DNA of 64,000 nucleotides from Candidatus Falkowbacteria bacterium RIFOXYC2_FULL_36_12 (GCA_001778235.1 MFGJ01000007.1:193476-257475), one strand, 5' to 3'; numbered from the stretch's first letter, positions 1-10,587 are shown. Translations and numbers: made by a program. Notes: generated by a model not told the origin, from the letters alone.

Positions 1-627
1 TATCACCACAGGATAATCCTGATTGGAGTCAAGAGGAATCAATTCAATGCCAGGATAATAGGACATGAGTATTGCTACTTGGTCAAAATATTGCTCAACA
101 GGGAAACAAATCTGCGAATTATTTTCGATCGTAGTAAACTGAATTGCTTCATCCTTTATCAAGCGTTGAAGGTTGTCTTGACCTTGCTTGGAATTGATGA
201 CAACATTAACACATTTATTTTTGAGTAAATTTACAATTTCAAAATCCTTCAGCCAGAGAAAAGAGCTTTTCCAAGATTGAATTTGCTGATCAATCTTTTC
301 ACCTGTATTACCCATGAGCTCTGAATGAAGATATAAGCCAGAATATTTAAATTTTGAATCATCTATGTTTTTTGTTGACAAACTCTCCTCAACTTTACTG
401 GTAAATAAATTGGCAATTTCAGATTTTATTTTGGCTGAAGTTGTTTCACCAAAGGCCTCTTCTGGTGTCGGCCAATTCTGAAGATTGTCATAGGCAGACA
501 AATCAAATTTAGGTGGATTGGCAAGATTTTTACCCTGGAAAAAGTTGTAAGACCAAATAACAAAACCAGCTGATATTATAATCACCAAGATAATAAGTAC
601 ATATTTACCTGAAACTTTTTTTAACAT
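1..627 (-). CDS. Hypothetical membrane-anchored protein, partial (runs off window start)
   Basis: Hand translation from ATG at 627 (MLKKVSGKYVLILVIIISAGFVIWSY...) stays open to base 1; N-terminal hydrophobic helix; starts just after the stop of 629..1687. Confidence 0.75.
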   Translation of the reverse strand, partial: MLKKVSGKYVLIILVIIISAGFVIWSYNFFQGKNLANPPKFDLSAYDNLQNWPTPEEAFGETTSAKIKSEIANLFTSKVEESLSTKNIDDSKFKYSGLYLHSELMGNTGEKIDQQIQSWKSSFLWLKDFEIVNLLKNKCVNVVINSKQGQDNLQRLIKDEAIQFTTIENNSQICFPVEQYFDQVAILMSYYPGIELIPLDSNQDYPVVI

Positions 628-628
628 A

Positions 629-1687
629 TTAATACTCCACTGGAGGAAAATGATCAGGGACTACTTCGATCCAAGTTGGTCCAGCATTAAAATTAATTTC
701 ATGATTGTCTACATCAAAAAAGCGGGTTCGGTTGTTGACAGAATCTCGTTGCCAGACCCCATCAATGGCGCGACCATCGAGGAAAATCGTTGCATTACCA
801 CTACCTATTGTTTCAGTAAAACGACGGCCATAATCATCAATTATTTTGCTTTCTGAATACATGATAACCAAATTTTTAGTTGAGAGTTGATTTCTATCTG
901 AATCTAAATATTTTAACCCAGCTTGAGATCGCAAATACGAATTGGTAGAAGAATCATAAGTCCAATCAACCTCATGAGATGGCTGGCCAAAATCAATCTT
1001 TATATTTAATACTTGCCCCCTGTCCTCAATACCGGCGTCAGCCTTAAATATCCAGCTGTCAAATTGGTCAAATTCATCCCAACCTTTCTCTGAAGTGGCT
1101 TGAGTAACAAGAGCCATTGAAGTCATGGAATTGTGTGGAGCAAAACGATAGATATCTCGCCAAAAATAACCACCATTAGAAAATTCATTTAAATCATAAA
1201 TATTGCGAGAAGGTATTAGGGTCAGAGCTTCATCTGATCCCCCGACATGAACATAAACGGCCTTAAATTCAGAGGCCCAATCAACAAAATATGGACGAGC
1301 TGAACGAATCGGACCGATTTCTTCAATCTGACTTGAACTATCAAATACAGCTACTAAACGAGTAATTGACCCCTCGGCAATAGCTTCATAAACCAAAGAT
1401 GCTTGGCTTAAACCTGATGGTGGGTTGGCATCTGTATGATTGTCAATCATGACAACTACTGGGAATGACTCGGATACTGTATCAGAAAGACATAAGCCAT
1501 CAAGCTTACGACGCGCCTGGCATTTATTTTCAATGTCAGTGTTATTTGGCGATTCAGCTACAACTTGATCGGTGTTGTTTGGCCATTTGAGCACAAGATA
1601 GATGCTGGCAACCATTATGACAAAAATAAAAATAATTAAAGGTAGTATACTTAAATTCCGTTTCCATGAAAAAGATAATTTTTCCAT
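629..1687 (-). CDS. DUF3048 (YerB-like) membrane-anchored protein
   Basis: Motifs VMIDNH, GLSQASLVYEAIAEGSITR, IGPIRSARPY, HVGGS, APHN; N-terminal TM helix. Confidence 0.88.
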   Translation of the reverse strand: MEKLSFSWKRNLSILPLIIFIFVIMVASIYLVLKWPNNTDQVVAESPNNTDIENKCQARRKLDGLCLSDTVSESFPVVVMIDNHTDANPPSGLSQASLVYEAIAEGSITRLVAVFDSSSQIEEIGPIRSARPYFVDWASEFKAVYVHVGGSDEALTLIPSRNIYDLNEFSNGGYFWRDIYRFAPHNSMTSMALVTQATSEKGWDEFDQFDSWIFKADAGIEDRGQVLNIKIDFGQPSHEVDWTYDSSTNSYLRSQAGLKYLDSDRNQLSTKNLVIMYSESKIIDDYGRRFTETIGSGNATIFLDGRAIDGVWQRDSVNNRTRFFDVDNHEINFNAGPTWIEVVPDHFPPVEY

Positions 1688-1810
1688 AAATATTCTGAAA
1701 TAAATAATTAAAGTTAATTTACGATTTTTCTATTATGACTTTAGACAAAAAAAGAATACCGTCATAAAAACATTATACGGTACTCTTTGTATTTTATCAA
1801 AATCTGATAA

Positions 1811-2506
1811 TTATTCTGGTTTTTTCGCTTCTCCAGCTGGCTCTTCAGCTTTGTCTTCTGCTGACGATTCTCCTGATTCAGCCTTTTCTTCACCTTCAAC
1901 CTTTGGTAATTCTTCAGTTGGCTTTTCATCGACAAGAACTTCTTCAATAATAGCATTAACTGTAGCCACTGTGTCGTCTTTGTCGGCCATGATTTCAACA
2001 CCTTCAGGTACTTGCAAATCTTTGACATGAATAACAGCATCAAATGTTTTCAAAACACTTAAATCAACCTTAATCTCTGAAAGCAAATCTTTTGGTAAAC
2101 ACTTGATAGTAACTTCATCAATCGGAGTTGAAAGCATACCACCAAGAGCTTTGACCGCAGGTGCTTCACCAATAAATTCAAGTTCAACCACTGCTTCAAT
2201 CTTTTGACCACGCTTGATCTTGTAGAAATCAACATGATGAATCAAGGGTTTTACCGGGTTGTAAACTACATCTTTGATAAGCACCTCCATTGGGTCTTTC
2301 TCACCTTCGATAGTTAAATTAATAAGACTACTCTCACCTGCTTCACTGTAAAGCTTTTTCATGTCAGCTTCACGCATTTTAATGTAAAAATTTTGTTCTA
2401 ATTCTGGACCATAAACCACACCAGATACCATACCTTGTTCTGCTAAATCTTTTACATTTCTGCCCATCTCCAATCTCTTTTTGACTGAAAAATTGAATAC
2501 TTGCAT
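1811..2506 (-). CDS. rplY: 50S ribosomal protein bL25 / CTC
   Basis: GVVYGP, HVDFY, GEAPAVK, IHVKDL, acidic tail; start moved to ATG 2506 (MQVF). Confidence 0.93.
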   Translation of the reverse strand: MQVFNFSVKKRLEMGRNVKDLAEQGMVSGVVYGPELEQNFYIKMREADMKKLYSEAGESSLINLTIEGEKDPMEVLIKDVVYNPVKPLIHHVDFYKIKRGQKIEAVVELEFIGEAPAVKALGGMLSTPIDEVTIKCLPKDLLSEIKVDLSVLKTFDAVIHVKDLQVPEGVEIMADKDDTVATVNAIIEEVLVDEKPTEELPKVEGEEKAESGESSAEDKAEEPAGEAKKPE

Positions 2507-2569
2507 AAGTTTTTCATTGTTTAATTTATAAAGTAACAATATTATAGTAAATATGGATAAAAATGTCAA

Positions 2570-2646
2570 GCGAGAACAGCCCGCCTACGCTAAAGCTATG
2601 GCGGGTAAACGAGTACAGCGAGTAAAGCAAGTACAGCGAGTACAGC
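2570..2646. repeat. REP-like palindrome (CCCGCCTACGCTAAAGCTATGGCGGG) within a 9-mer GCRAGTAMA array
   Basis: 44 nt at 2570-2613 identical to 33310-33353; close copies at 62412-62498. Confidence 0.85.
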
Positions 2647-2708
2647 CCCGAATTGGATGCTGTGCATCACTTCATGGCAGGCGAGAAAAGTTTCGGAGTA
2701 GAGGTTTC

Positions 2709-2739
2709 CGCCAGCCCGTTGCCAGGCAACGGGCTGGCG
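2709..2739. repeat. Perfect GC-rich 15-bp inverted repeat with 1-nt spacer
   Basis: CGCCAGCCCGTTGCC-A-GGCAACGGGCTGGCG. Confidence 0.8.
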
Positions 2740-2815
2740 AGATTTATCAATATTGACAATATTAATTAAATATGATAATCTTATTTTTAGCCTTCTCACA
2801 GGAAAGGAACAAACC

Positions 2816-3073
2816 ATGAATCTACCTGAAATGATCAGATGTTTTCCAATTAGGCTTCTTTGGGGAAATAATAATAAGCTTAATCTTATCTATGAAAACG
2901 AAGATGCATGGTTCTGCACCTATAACTTGACAGGAAAAAATTCTATTCTGGATAAAATCAAGTTTATTGACGGAGGTCAGAGTGTGATACTCTTTAGATT
3001 CCTTCCCGAACCTGGTTGGATTTTGTCAGAGCTTAGAATCAGACGAGATTTCCATGCTCCAGGTACTTATTAA
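2816..3073 (+). CDS. Orphan hypothetical protein (85 aa), SD-led
   Basis: TTGACA...GATAAT promoter at 2753-2779, ACAGGAAAGGA before ATG 2816, hairpin terminator about 3077-3105. Confidence 0.6.
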   Translation: MNLPEMIRCFPIRLLWGNNNKLNLIYENEDAWFCTYNLTGKNSILDKIKFIDGGQSVILFRFLPEPGWILSELRIRRDFHAPGTY

Positions 3074-3148
3074 AATTTTCAGTTGTATCATCAGCTGATT
3101 TTTTAATCTAAATAAAAACACTCAACATCAAATTTGCGAGTGTAATTT

Positions 3149-3469
3149 CTAAACTAAATTAAACAAAGTATTTTCATCGGTCTGAATTGTTTGATACAAA
3201 TCAAGAACATCATCAGTAGAAACAGGTTTACTCTGGGAAAATTTGACTACTTCTTCACTAGAAAGATCAGTAAGAAGGCCAAGAGAACTTATGCCATTTT
3301 GATTGGATGTAATCAGGACCAAAACTCGACTCTTGCATTTTCGGCATTGAACATATAATAAATGAGAATCTTGATTTTCATTTAAAACTTTTATCTGTGC
3401 TGGGAAATTCTGACTGTTGCAGACCGGACAGTTGGAGATTATTTTTAATTGATCAGAATTATTAAACAT
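3149..3469 (-). CDS. Zn-ribbon hypothetical protein
   Basis: CPVC...CRKC pair and C-terminal STDDVLDLY, a layout I associate with a conserved CPR family. Confidence 0.75.
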   Translation of the reverse strand: MFNNSDQLKIISNCPVCNSQNFPAQIKVLNENQDSHLLYVQCRKCKSRVLVLITSNQNGISSLGLLTDLSSEEVVKFSQSKPVSTDDVLDLYQTIQTDENTLFNLV

Positions 3470-3633
3470 AAATAAATATTAAATATAATAATATTGTAAC
3501 CTTTGGGAGACTGAAAGTCAAAAAATTAATACTACCTAACGATTTTCTGTCGTAGTTGACAAAAAAACCTACAAATTTGCATTAGGTGACTGGTTAACGA
3601 AAAAAACAAGAATTAGCTAATTTAAAATTTAGC

Positions 3634-4731
3634 CTACTCGCTTACAATCACACTTTCAGCAAACCCAATCAGAATAAAACAAGCAATCATAAAACTACCA
3701 CCATAACTGGTAAAGGGCAAAGAAATTCCTGTAACTGGCAATAAACCCATATTCATACCAACATTGACTAAAAGATGAATAAAAAATAAACAGGCAATAC
3801 CTAGTAGCAAATACATACCAAAATCATCGCGAGCTTTTTTGGCTGATTGGATTAAACGATAAAATATTAGAACCCAAAGAGCCAACATCAAGCTAACGCC
3901 AAGTAAACCAAGCTCTTCGGCAACAACGGCAAAGACAAAATCTGTCTGACTTTCTGGGATAAATTTCAGCTGACTTTGGGAGCCGAACCCTAGTCCACGC
4001 CCCATTAGATTGCCAGAGCCGACCGCAATTATGGCCTGCGTGACATTATAACCACTGCCAAGTGGATCAAGTTCTGGATTGAGAAAAGTCAAAACACGAT
4101 TTTTCTGATAATCAGCAAAAGCAAAAGTCCAAAGCAGAAGAACTATCAAGGCTAACGACACCAGCATGGTTGCAACATAGCGAAGTCTGACTCCAGAGAT
4201 AATCATTAATAAAACCCAAATTCCGAACAAGACTGAAGCAGAACCAACATCAGGTTGCAATAAAACCAAAAAGACTAGGATCATTGTACCAACCAAACTT
4301 ACAACAATATGTTTTGCTTGATTAAACTGGTGAAATCTATTAGCAAAAAAACGAGCCAAGAATAACAGTAAGCCAATCTTGGCAATTTCAACAGGCTGAA
4401 ATCTCAAACCAATAAAATTGAACCAGCCGGTGGTGCCACGAACTGTGCTACCGAAAAATAAAACCAATATTAATAATATAATTGAGCCGAGATAGACATA
4501 TCGGCTATATAGACGGAAAGCTGAAAAATTTATTGCACTCAAAATCAAAATAAATATCAAACCTAACCCAAAATAGACCAATTGTTTCTTGAAATTGGTA
4601 AAATCTGGATTTTCACTACTTAGGCTGACGCTGTAAATGGCAGTTAAACCAATGACAACTAACAATACAACTGAACCAAAAAGAAGAAAATCAAATTTTC
4701 GAAATTTTGCGCGGAGACTACTTAAAAGCAT
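3634..4731 (-). CDS. rodA: Rod shape-determining protein RodA (SEDS family)
   Basis: FQPVEIAK, QPDVGSA, DPLGSGYNVTQA, PESQTDFVF, LPVTGISLPFTSYGGS. Confidence 0.93.
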   Translation of the reverse strand: MLLSSLRAKFRKFDFLLFGSVVLLVVIGLTAIYSVSLSSENPDFTNFKKQLVYFGLGLIFILILSAINFSAFRLYSRYVYLGSIILLILVLFFGSTVRGTTGWFNFIGLRFQPVEIAKIGLLLFLARFFANRFHQFNQAKHIVVSLVGTMILVFLVLLQPDVGSASVLFGIWVLLMIISGVRLRYVATMLVSLALIVLLLWTFAFADYQKNRVLTFLNPELDPLGSGYNVTQAIIAVGSGNLMGRGLGFGSQSQLKFIPESQTDFVFAVVAEELGLLGVSLMLALWVLIFYRLIQSAKKARDDFGMYLLLGIACLFFIHLLVNVGMNMGLLPVTGISLPFTSYGGSFMIACFILIGFAESVIVSE

Positions 4732-4784
4732 AAAAAATGAGTTACCTCATTTTTTATTATTAATGATATTTTAATTTTTGACAA

Positions 4785-5738
4785 CTAATTTTCAATTTCA
4801 GAATAAATTTGTTCTGCTTCAAAGCCTTTGAAACTATCAGGATTTAAAAAATCAACATCAGGATAAATTTCAATTTTTGATGGAGTGGAAATATTATTAA
4901 AAATACTCAAGGAAATATCGGTTTTTTCACCAGCATCAAGCTTGGCAACGGGATAGACGGTGGCATAGATCAAACGGCTACCCTGAAAAAGTAAAATCTT
5001 ATTGTAAACATCCCAGAAATTATACGCGCCTTTATTTTCAACTGAAAAATTCAGATTGCTAACATTGGCGACATCGGTTTGGCTGGCTGGGATAAATTTA
5101 CTGTCCTGAACTTCGAGCTGATATATTTTTTCCTTTAACTCTGGGTAGTGAGCTTGTTTTTTCCACTTGATACTATCCACCACCAAGGTTACTGGCTGGT
5201 TCGGTGTGATATTTTTGACACCAGTGGCCATGAGATAGTCTATCTGGGCCGGTAAAACAAAGGCAGTATAAACCTCTGTCACCTCACCATTTGATTCAAA
5301 GTGATATTGTATTTCAGGAATATACCAAGAAGTATTTATATTGCTTACTTCAGCAACAATGTTTGACTCGGTATCATTGGCTTTGATGCTAACGGCATAA
5401 TTCACAGTCAGCGGAGATGGCTTTGAGATTTCACTCAAATATTGGTAATTGAGACTTGGGCTGGTCAAAGCCTGATACATGGTATTTTTACTTGGGAGGT
5501 CCAGAAGGTAAAGATTCAAAATAGTATATAAAATAAAAATAGCTAAAATTAAATCAAACAGAGCTAGAACTAAGATAGTAAGTCGGCGGATGAGTAGTTT
5601 GTGAGCCACATACCAAAACCCGACTTTCATTTGATCAGCGGTTAATTCGCCACCTGTAGGGGTAAATTCAGCATGAGGTGGTTTGGGGATATTAGTTTCA
5701 ATTTTATTTGTATTTTGTGTTTGTTTTTGTCCGAACAT
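4785..5738 (-). CDS. Single-pass membrane hypothetical protein
   Basis: 317-aa ORF with one TM helix and a beta-rich external part; co-oriented with rodA. Confidence 0.8.
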   Translation of the reverse strand: MFGQKQTQNTNKIETNIPKPPHAEFTPTGGELTADQMKVGFWYVAHKLLIRRLTILVLALFDLILAIFILYTILNLYLLDLPSKNTMYQALTSPSLNYQYLSEISKPSPLTVNYAVSIKANDTESNIVAEVSNINTSWYIPEIQYHFESNGEVTEVYTAFVLPAQIDYLMATGVKNITPNQPVTLVVDSIKWKKQAHYPELKEKIYQLEVQDSKFIPASQTDVANVSNLNFSVENKGAYNFWDVYNKILLFQGSRLIYATVYPVAKLDAGEKTDISLSIFNNISTPSKIEIYPDVDFLNPDSFKGFEAEQIYSEIEN

Positions 5739-5930
5739 AGTTTTTCAATTTAATAAATTATACCATAATTAATCTCAAGTGACAAAATCTTATAAACAGA
5801 ATCTAGGTAAGGATCACTTAACAAAACAGGTAAAGTTTGATATAATGAGGTTAATTATTGTTACAATTGAATTGATTTAAATTCAAAGTCCAAACTTGAT
5901 ACATATTATTAATTACTCAAAATAATAGTT

Positions 5931-8030
5931 ATGCCGAAAAAAGAAGTTAACAAAAAACCAAAAACTGATAAAAAAAACTCCCAAGCTTATGGTGCTGAAC
6001 AGATTACTGTACTTGAAGGACTAGATCCTGTCAGAAAAAGACCTGGAATGTATATTGGGAATACAGCTGGTGAAGGTTTGCATCATTTGATTTGGGAAGT
6101 GGTAAATAATTCAATTGATGAAGCCATGGCTGGCTACTGTACAGAAGTTGTGGTCAAAATTCTACCGGATAATGAGGTTGAAGTGATTGATAATGGTCGA
6201 GGTATTCCAGTTGAAATCCACAAAGCAACAAAAGTCTCTGCCCTAGAAACCGTAATGACAAAACTCCATGCTGGCGGAAAATTTGGTCAAGGTGGATACA
6301 AAGTTTCTGGTGGATTGCATGGTGTTGGTGTTTCCGTTGTTAATGCCTTGTCTACACTGACAATCGCAAAAGTCAAAAGAGATGGAAATGTCTATGAACA
6401 AGAATATAAAATCGGTAAACCTCAAAAAAAGGTAAAAGTTATTGGAAAAGTAACTATACCAAAAAAACTGGACCCTTTTTTTCCGGAAGAACTGTATAAG
6501 ATGGGAACTTCAATAAAATTTAAACCTGACAGTACAATATTTACTGAAACTGTGTTTGATTGGGATAAAATTTTGAATTATTTGAGACAACAAGCATATC
6601 TGACAAAGGGTGTTAAATTACTTGCCTTTGATCTTCGGGACAAAGATAAACCAAAAGATTTTGCTTTCTTTTTTGAAGGAGGAATAAGTTCCTATGCCAA
6701 ACATCTAAATCACCAAGATAAGCCAATTCATGAAAATATATTTTATGTTGACAAGACCCTTGATGAGGTAAATGTTGAGATCGCTTTCCGTTATATTGAT
6801 GAATATCATGAAACAGTTGTAGCTTTTACCAACAATATTACCAATCCTGAAGGAGGTAGCCATGTAGCTGGATTTAGGACTGCCTTGACACGAACCTTGA
6901 ATTCATACGCTAGAAAACACAATATATTAAAAGAAAAAGATGAAAATCTATCTGGTGATGATGTCAGAGAAGGGTTAACTGCGGTTATAAGTGTAAAAGT
7001 TAAAGATCCGCAATTTGAAGGTCAGACCAAGGCAAAATTGGGAAATGCAGAAGTCAAACCAGCGGTTGATCAGGTGCTGTCAGAATCTTTGGATATATTT
7101 CTTGAAGAGCATCCAAAAGACGCTGAAGCTTTTATTGGGAAATCATTGCTCGCGGCCCAGGCCAGAAAAGCTTCTCGAGCGGCGCGCGAGACCGTTCTTC
7201 GAAAAGGTGTTTTGGAAAGTTTATCACTTCCTGGAAAATTGGCTGACTGTTCTTCAAAAAATCCTGATGAATGTGAACTTTATATTGTTGAGGGAGACTC
7301 TGCTGGTGGTTCAGCGAAACAAGGACGAAGCAGAAATTTTCAGGCAATACTTCCCCTTCGAGGAAAAATTATCAACATTGAAAAAGCCCGCATTGACAAG
7401 ATGTTAGCTAACAATGAAGTAAAATCATTAATAATTGCTCTTGGAACTAACTTTGGCGAGCAAATGGAAATTGGAAAACTACGATATGGCAAAGTCATCA
7501 TCATGACCGATGCTGATGTTGATGGAGCGCACATCCGAACATTGCTTTTGACTTTGTTTTTCCGACATTTTTATCCTTTAATACAAAATGGTAATCTCTA
7601 TATTGCCCAACCACCATTATTCCAAGTGAAAAAAGGCAAAAATATTGAATATGTTTATTCAGAAGAAGAGCTGGAAATAACTTTAGAGAAGTTCAAAAAA
7701 TTAAAAGATGAACCAAAAGCCAAGAAAGAGCAGGAAGAAACCGAGCAAGCTGATGAAGAAATAAAAGAAGCTGATATTGAACAAGTAGAAATCCAAGACC
7801 AAGCATTAAAAGGAGTGTCTATTCAACGATACAAAGGTTTGGGAGAGATGAATCCGACTCAACTGTGGGATACAACCATGAATCCAGAAACCAGGGTTTT
7901 GAAACAGGTGACGGTTGCTGATGTGGATAAGGCTGACGAGGTCTTTGATATTCTAATGGGGGCAGAAGTTGCACCAAGAAAAAGATTTATACAAACTCAT
8001 GCCAAGTCTGTGAAGAATTTGGATGTTTAG
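5931..8030 (+). CDS. gyrB: DNA gyrase subunit B
   Basis: VRKRPGMYIG, GHKL ATPase motifs, EGDSAGG, PLRGK, DADVDG, QRYKGLGEM. Confidence 0.97.
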   Translation: MPKKEVNKKPKTDKKNSQAYGAEQITVLEGLDPVRKRPGMYIGNTAGEGLHHLIWEVVNNSIDEAMAGYCTEVVVKILPDNEVEVIDNGRGIPVEIHKATKVSALETVMTKLHAGGKFGQGGYKVSGGLHGVGVSVVNALSTLTIAKVKRDGNVYEQEYKIGKPQKKVKVIGKVTIPKKLDPFFPEELYKMGTSIKFKPDSTIFTETVFDWDKILNYLRQQAYLTKGVKLLAFDLRDKDKPKDFAFFFEGGISSYAKHLNHQDKPIHENIFYVDKTLDEVNVEIAFRYIDEYHETVVAFTNNITNPEGGSHVAGFRTALTRTLNSYARKHNILKEKDENLSGDDVREGLTAVISVKVKDPQFEGQTKAKLGNAEVKPAVDQVLSESLDIFLEEHPKDAEAFIGKSLLAAQARKASRAARETVLRKGVLESLSLPGKLADCSSKNPDECELYIVEGDSAGGSAKQGRSRNFQAILPLRGKIINIEKARIDKMLANNEVKSLIIALGTNFGEQMEIGKLRYGKVIIMTDADVDGAHIRTLLLTLFFRHFYPLIQNGNLYIAQPPLFQVKKGKNIEYVYSEEELEITLEKFKKLKDEPKAKKEQEETEQADEEIKEADIEQVEIQDQALKGVSIQRYKGLGEMNPTQLWDTTMNPETRVLKQVTVADVDKADEVFDILMGAEVAPRKRFIQTHAKSVKNLDV

Positions 8031-8084
8031 CTGGGAGTAACTAGTAATTAGAAACTAGGGACTAGGGTTAATAAGAAAAAATAT

Positions 8085-8426
8085 ATAAAAAAACAGCTGA
8101 AGTTAGTCAGTTGTTTTTTTGGATAGTAAGATTGATGTTGCTAAAGCAAGTTTTTTTCAGATAAAGTGATTGATTACGCTCTGCGTGGTACTTTTTGATG
8201 GCAAAAAGTACCCAAAAACCATTGGGGGCTTTAATTGCTACTTATAAAAAACATTTCGTGCTTTGAACACGGCAAAAAGCCCCCAAACCCGAGGCTCACC
8301 ATGTTTGTGGGGATGAATAATAAAATTAATGATTGGTTTTGCTAAAGCATGCCCCAGACCTAGAGTTATCAAGCTTCATTCTTTTTACTTATAAATAAAA
8401 AAACAGCTGAAGTTAGTCAGTTGTTT
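8085..8426. repeat. 32-bp direct repeat of a terminator hairpin bracketing a MITE-like palindromic element
   Basis: ATAAAAAAACAGCTGAAGTTAGTCAGTTGTTT at 8085-8116 and 8395-8426; internal GGTACTTTTTG/CAAAAAGTACC and TTGGGGGCTTT/AAAGCCCCCAA inverted repeats. Confidence 0.75.
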
Positions 8427-8859
8427 AAATTCTTGTAAATCGTTGCCACCAAGGATTGTCCAATGTGTCAGTGATGAAAATATAACAAACATTACATTCG
8501 GCATTTGGAGTTGTTTTTTCCGAGAATAAAGGACTGGTTTGATGTGGCATGTATGCAGTTAGAACTCTGAATTCAGGGTCATTTGGATTTGTCCCGCCTT
8601 CAATCAGAAAGCAAACCGTCTCAACAAATTGTTCAAAGTCAAATTCTTCCTTTTCCCGTTTCAGTGGCTCGAAAAAAGCAACAACTGCTTTGCGCATCTG
8701 TAAATCTGTTTCAGATCGTCTGCGTGAGTCAAAACCATAACCAAAACTTTCTTCGCCAACAAACACTGACATAGTCTGCGTGGTGATGTAATTTTCACCT
8801 TTTGGGATCCGCCCTGTTACACGACCAATAGCACCAAAAAACAAAACAATCTCTTTCAT
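8425..8859 (-). CDS. Orphan hypothetical protein, SD-led
   Basis: CGGAGG before ATG 8859; TTGACT-17-TAAGAT promoter at 8974-8946. Confidence 0.7.
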   Translation of the reverse strand: MKEIVLFFGAIGRVTGRIPKGENYITTQTMSVFVGEESFGYGFDSRRRSETDLQMRKAVVAFFEPLKREKEEFDFEQFVETVCFLIEGGTNPNDPEFRVLTAYMPHQTSPLFSEKTTPNAECNVCYIFITDTLDNPWWQRFTRI

Positions 8860-9007
8860 GCTGGCCTCCGTGGGGTGCTGGGGATGTAAGCATGTTACAA
8901 AAAAAGATTGAAGATTGAAGATCAAAGATCTGTTGATTATACTGAATCTTACAATAATTAATAGCCAAAGTCAATAAAAAATTTACGAAATTTTCGTAAA
9001 TTTATTT

Positions 9008-9769
9008 TTATTCATCACACCAAAGGCTACCGTCAATCGAGACGCTTTGTAACTTATCATCTAACTTTAGGCCGAATCGCAATCCAAGAACTTTAAGCCC
9101 AGCGATAAAAGCGACAACCATTGAAGAGTCACCAGTCATATGTAAGGATATAAGTCTTTCCATGATTTCAATAAAGACCAAAAGTTGCTTCAACCTATTT
9201 TTGGCCCAGATTTCCATTCCTGCCAACTGCACCTCAATTGCAACATTATTAATGCTGTTACGAGTCAAAAACAGGTTAAAAGTAATTCTGTGATCTTTAT
9301 CGTAGAACACATCAATCTGCGCTGATTTGTACTGCGAAGAGAGCACCTGCCACCAAGTTTTCTCCTTATTATCATAAACTGCAATACTGCATTCTGATTT
9401 TTCATCTAGATCAATATCCTCTTTGATTTCCGGACGAGGTCTGACAATTCCGCCATAAGTAGTGTAATTGTAACTGACATCATATTTACTGACTTCAATC
9501 ATCTTACATAGCACATCTCCGATGGCAGTTAATGTCCACTGCTTAATCCTGTGTCGCAGTTCGCGAATAAAGCTCCTCAAAAAGTTATCCAACTCCGTGC
9601 TCATGGAATCAGTGATCTCTTGAATTGTGATGCGTTTTGAGTCAAGATGGACATCAATGATTATTTTGTTTTTAAACTTGAAGCCACCTGGATCAAATGT
9701 TCCTGGTACATGATTATCTTCAAACCCATAATCAATGATAAATGTCTTGTGTTTACAATCGAGATTCAT
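9008..9769 (-). CDS. Orphan hypothetical protein, SD-led
   Basis: CAGACAGGAGA before ATG 9769; 253 aa. Confidence 0.72.
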   Translation of the reverse strand: MNLDCKHKTFIIDYGFEDNHVPGTFDPGGFKFKNKIIIDVHLDSKRITIQEITDSMSTELDNFLRSFIRELRHRIKQWTLTAIGDVLCKMIEVSKYDVSYNYTTYGGIVRPRPEIKEDIDLDEKSECSIAVYDNKEKTWWQVLSSQYKSAQIDVFYDKDHRITFNLFLTRNSINNVAIEVQLAGMEIWAKNRLKQLLVFIEIMERLISLHMTGDSSMVVAFIAGLKVLGLRFGLKLDDKLQSVSIDGSLWCDE

Positions 9770-9798
9770 GCTGGTTCTCCTGTCTGGGTGGTCAACTG

Positions 9799-10131
9799 CT
9801 ATTTCCACCAATCAGCATTAAACTTAACTGCATAGATATTATCTACATCATACAATTCATATTCAGGTTGACGATATTGACTTCGAAGCAACATTCTAAA
9901 ATATTGCCAAATACTTTCTACTGTTAATTTTCCTCGATGCTGGTGGCAAAAAGTCTGCATGCCCTCGGCTAAAAACAATATTTTTTTCATCGGTTCAATT
10001 TGAAGTGGAACAAAAGTGGAAATATAGACCTTGAAGCCTTTTCTAACTGCAATATTTGCCATATTTTGAGTTGATTTCTGATTACTGATTTGGATTATAA
10101 TGATATAATCATTTTTCTGCAGGTCTGGCAT
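9799..10131 (-). CDS. Orphan hypothetical protein, SD-led
   Basis: CCAGGAGGGA before ATG 10131; 110 aa. Confidence 0.62.
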   Translation of the reverse strand: MPDLQKNDYIIIIQISNQKSTQNMANIAVRKGFKVYISTFVPLQIEPMKKILFLAEGMQTFCHQHRGKLTVESIWQYFRMLLRSQYRQPEYELYDVDNIYAVKFNADWWK

Positions 10132-10315
10132 GACTTCCCTCCTGGTTATTGTCAAAGAATATAAAAGATTATCATTTTACACAAAAAGTGTCAATGTTTA
10201 TAATTTTCAATAAATCTCTTGCCAAAATATTAAATTGTGCTATAATAAGGGTGTTAATAGGCCTTGGGGCCTTTTTAAGATAGTTTTAATTCTAAATTAA
10301 ACAAAAAAAACATTT

Positions 10316-10386
10316 CCACGAATAACAAATTTGCCACAAATCTACGGATATTTTTGTACATTTGTAAATATTTGTAATTCGTAACC
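10316..10386. repeat. Degenerate gene-less TACRAAT inverted-repeat cassette before secE
   Basis: ACGAATAACAAAT..ACAAAT left arm and TTTGTAAATATTTGTAATTCGTAA right arm. Confidence 0.6.
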
Positions 10387-10389
10387 AAT

Positions 10390-10587
10390 ATGGATTGGAA
10401 AAAAAATAAATTAGCAACCTATTTAATTGAATCAAAAAAAGAATTAAAAAAAGTTACTTGGCCGACAAAGAAAGAAACAACTAAATATACACTGATTGTT
10501 ATTGGTATTTCTTTGTTCATTGCGGTTTTCTTTGGAGCCCTAGATTTTGTTTTTTCAACCTTGGTTGGCTTGGTTATATCTTCTTAA
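10390..10587 (+). CDS. secE: Preprotein translocase subunit SecE
   Basis: ELKKVTWPT motif, one TM helix, directly upstream of nusG. Confidence 0.95.
   Translation: MDWKKNKLATYLIESKKELKKVTWPTKKETTKYTLIVIGISLFIAVFFGALDFVFSTLVGLVISS

Noticed and set aside
2553-2817. ORFs 2553..2756 and 2596..2817
   Set aside because: They are translations of the 9-mer/REP repeats (RVQRVKQVQ)
10200-10389. tRNA-Trp often found before secE
   Set aside because: No cloverleaf or T-loop GTTCRA motif is visible
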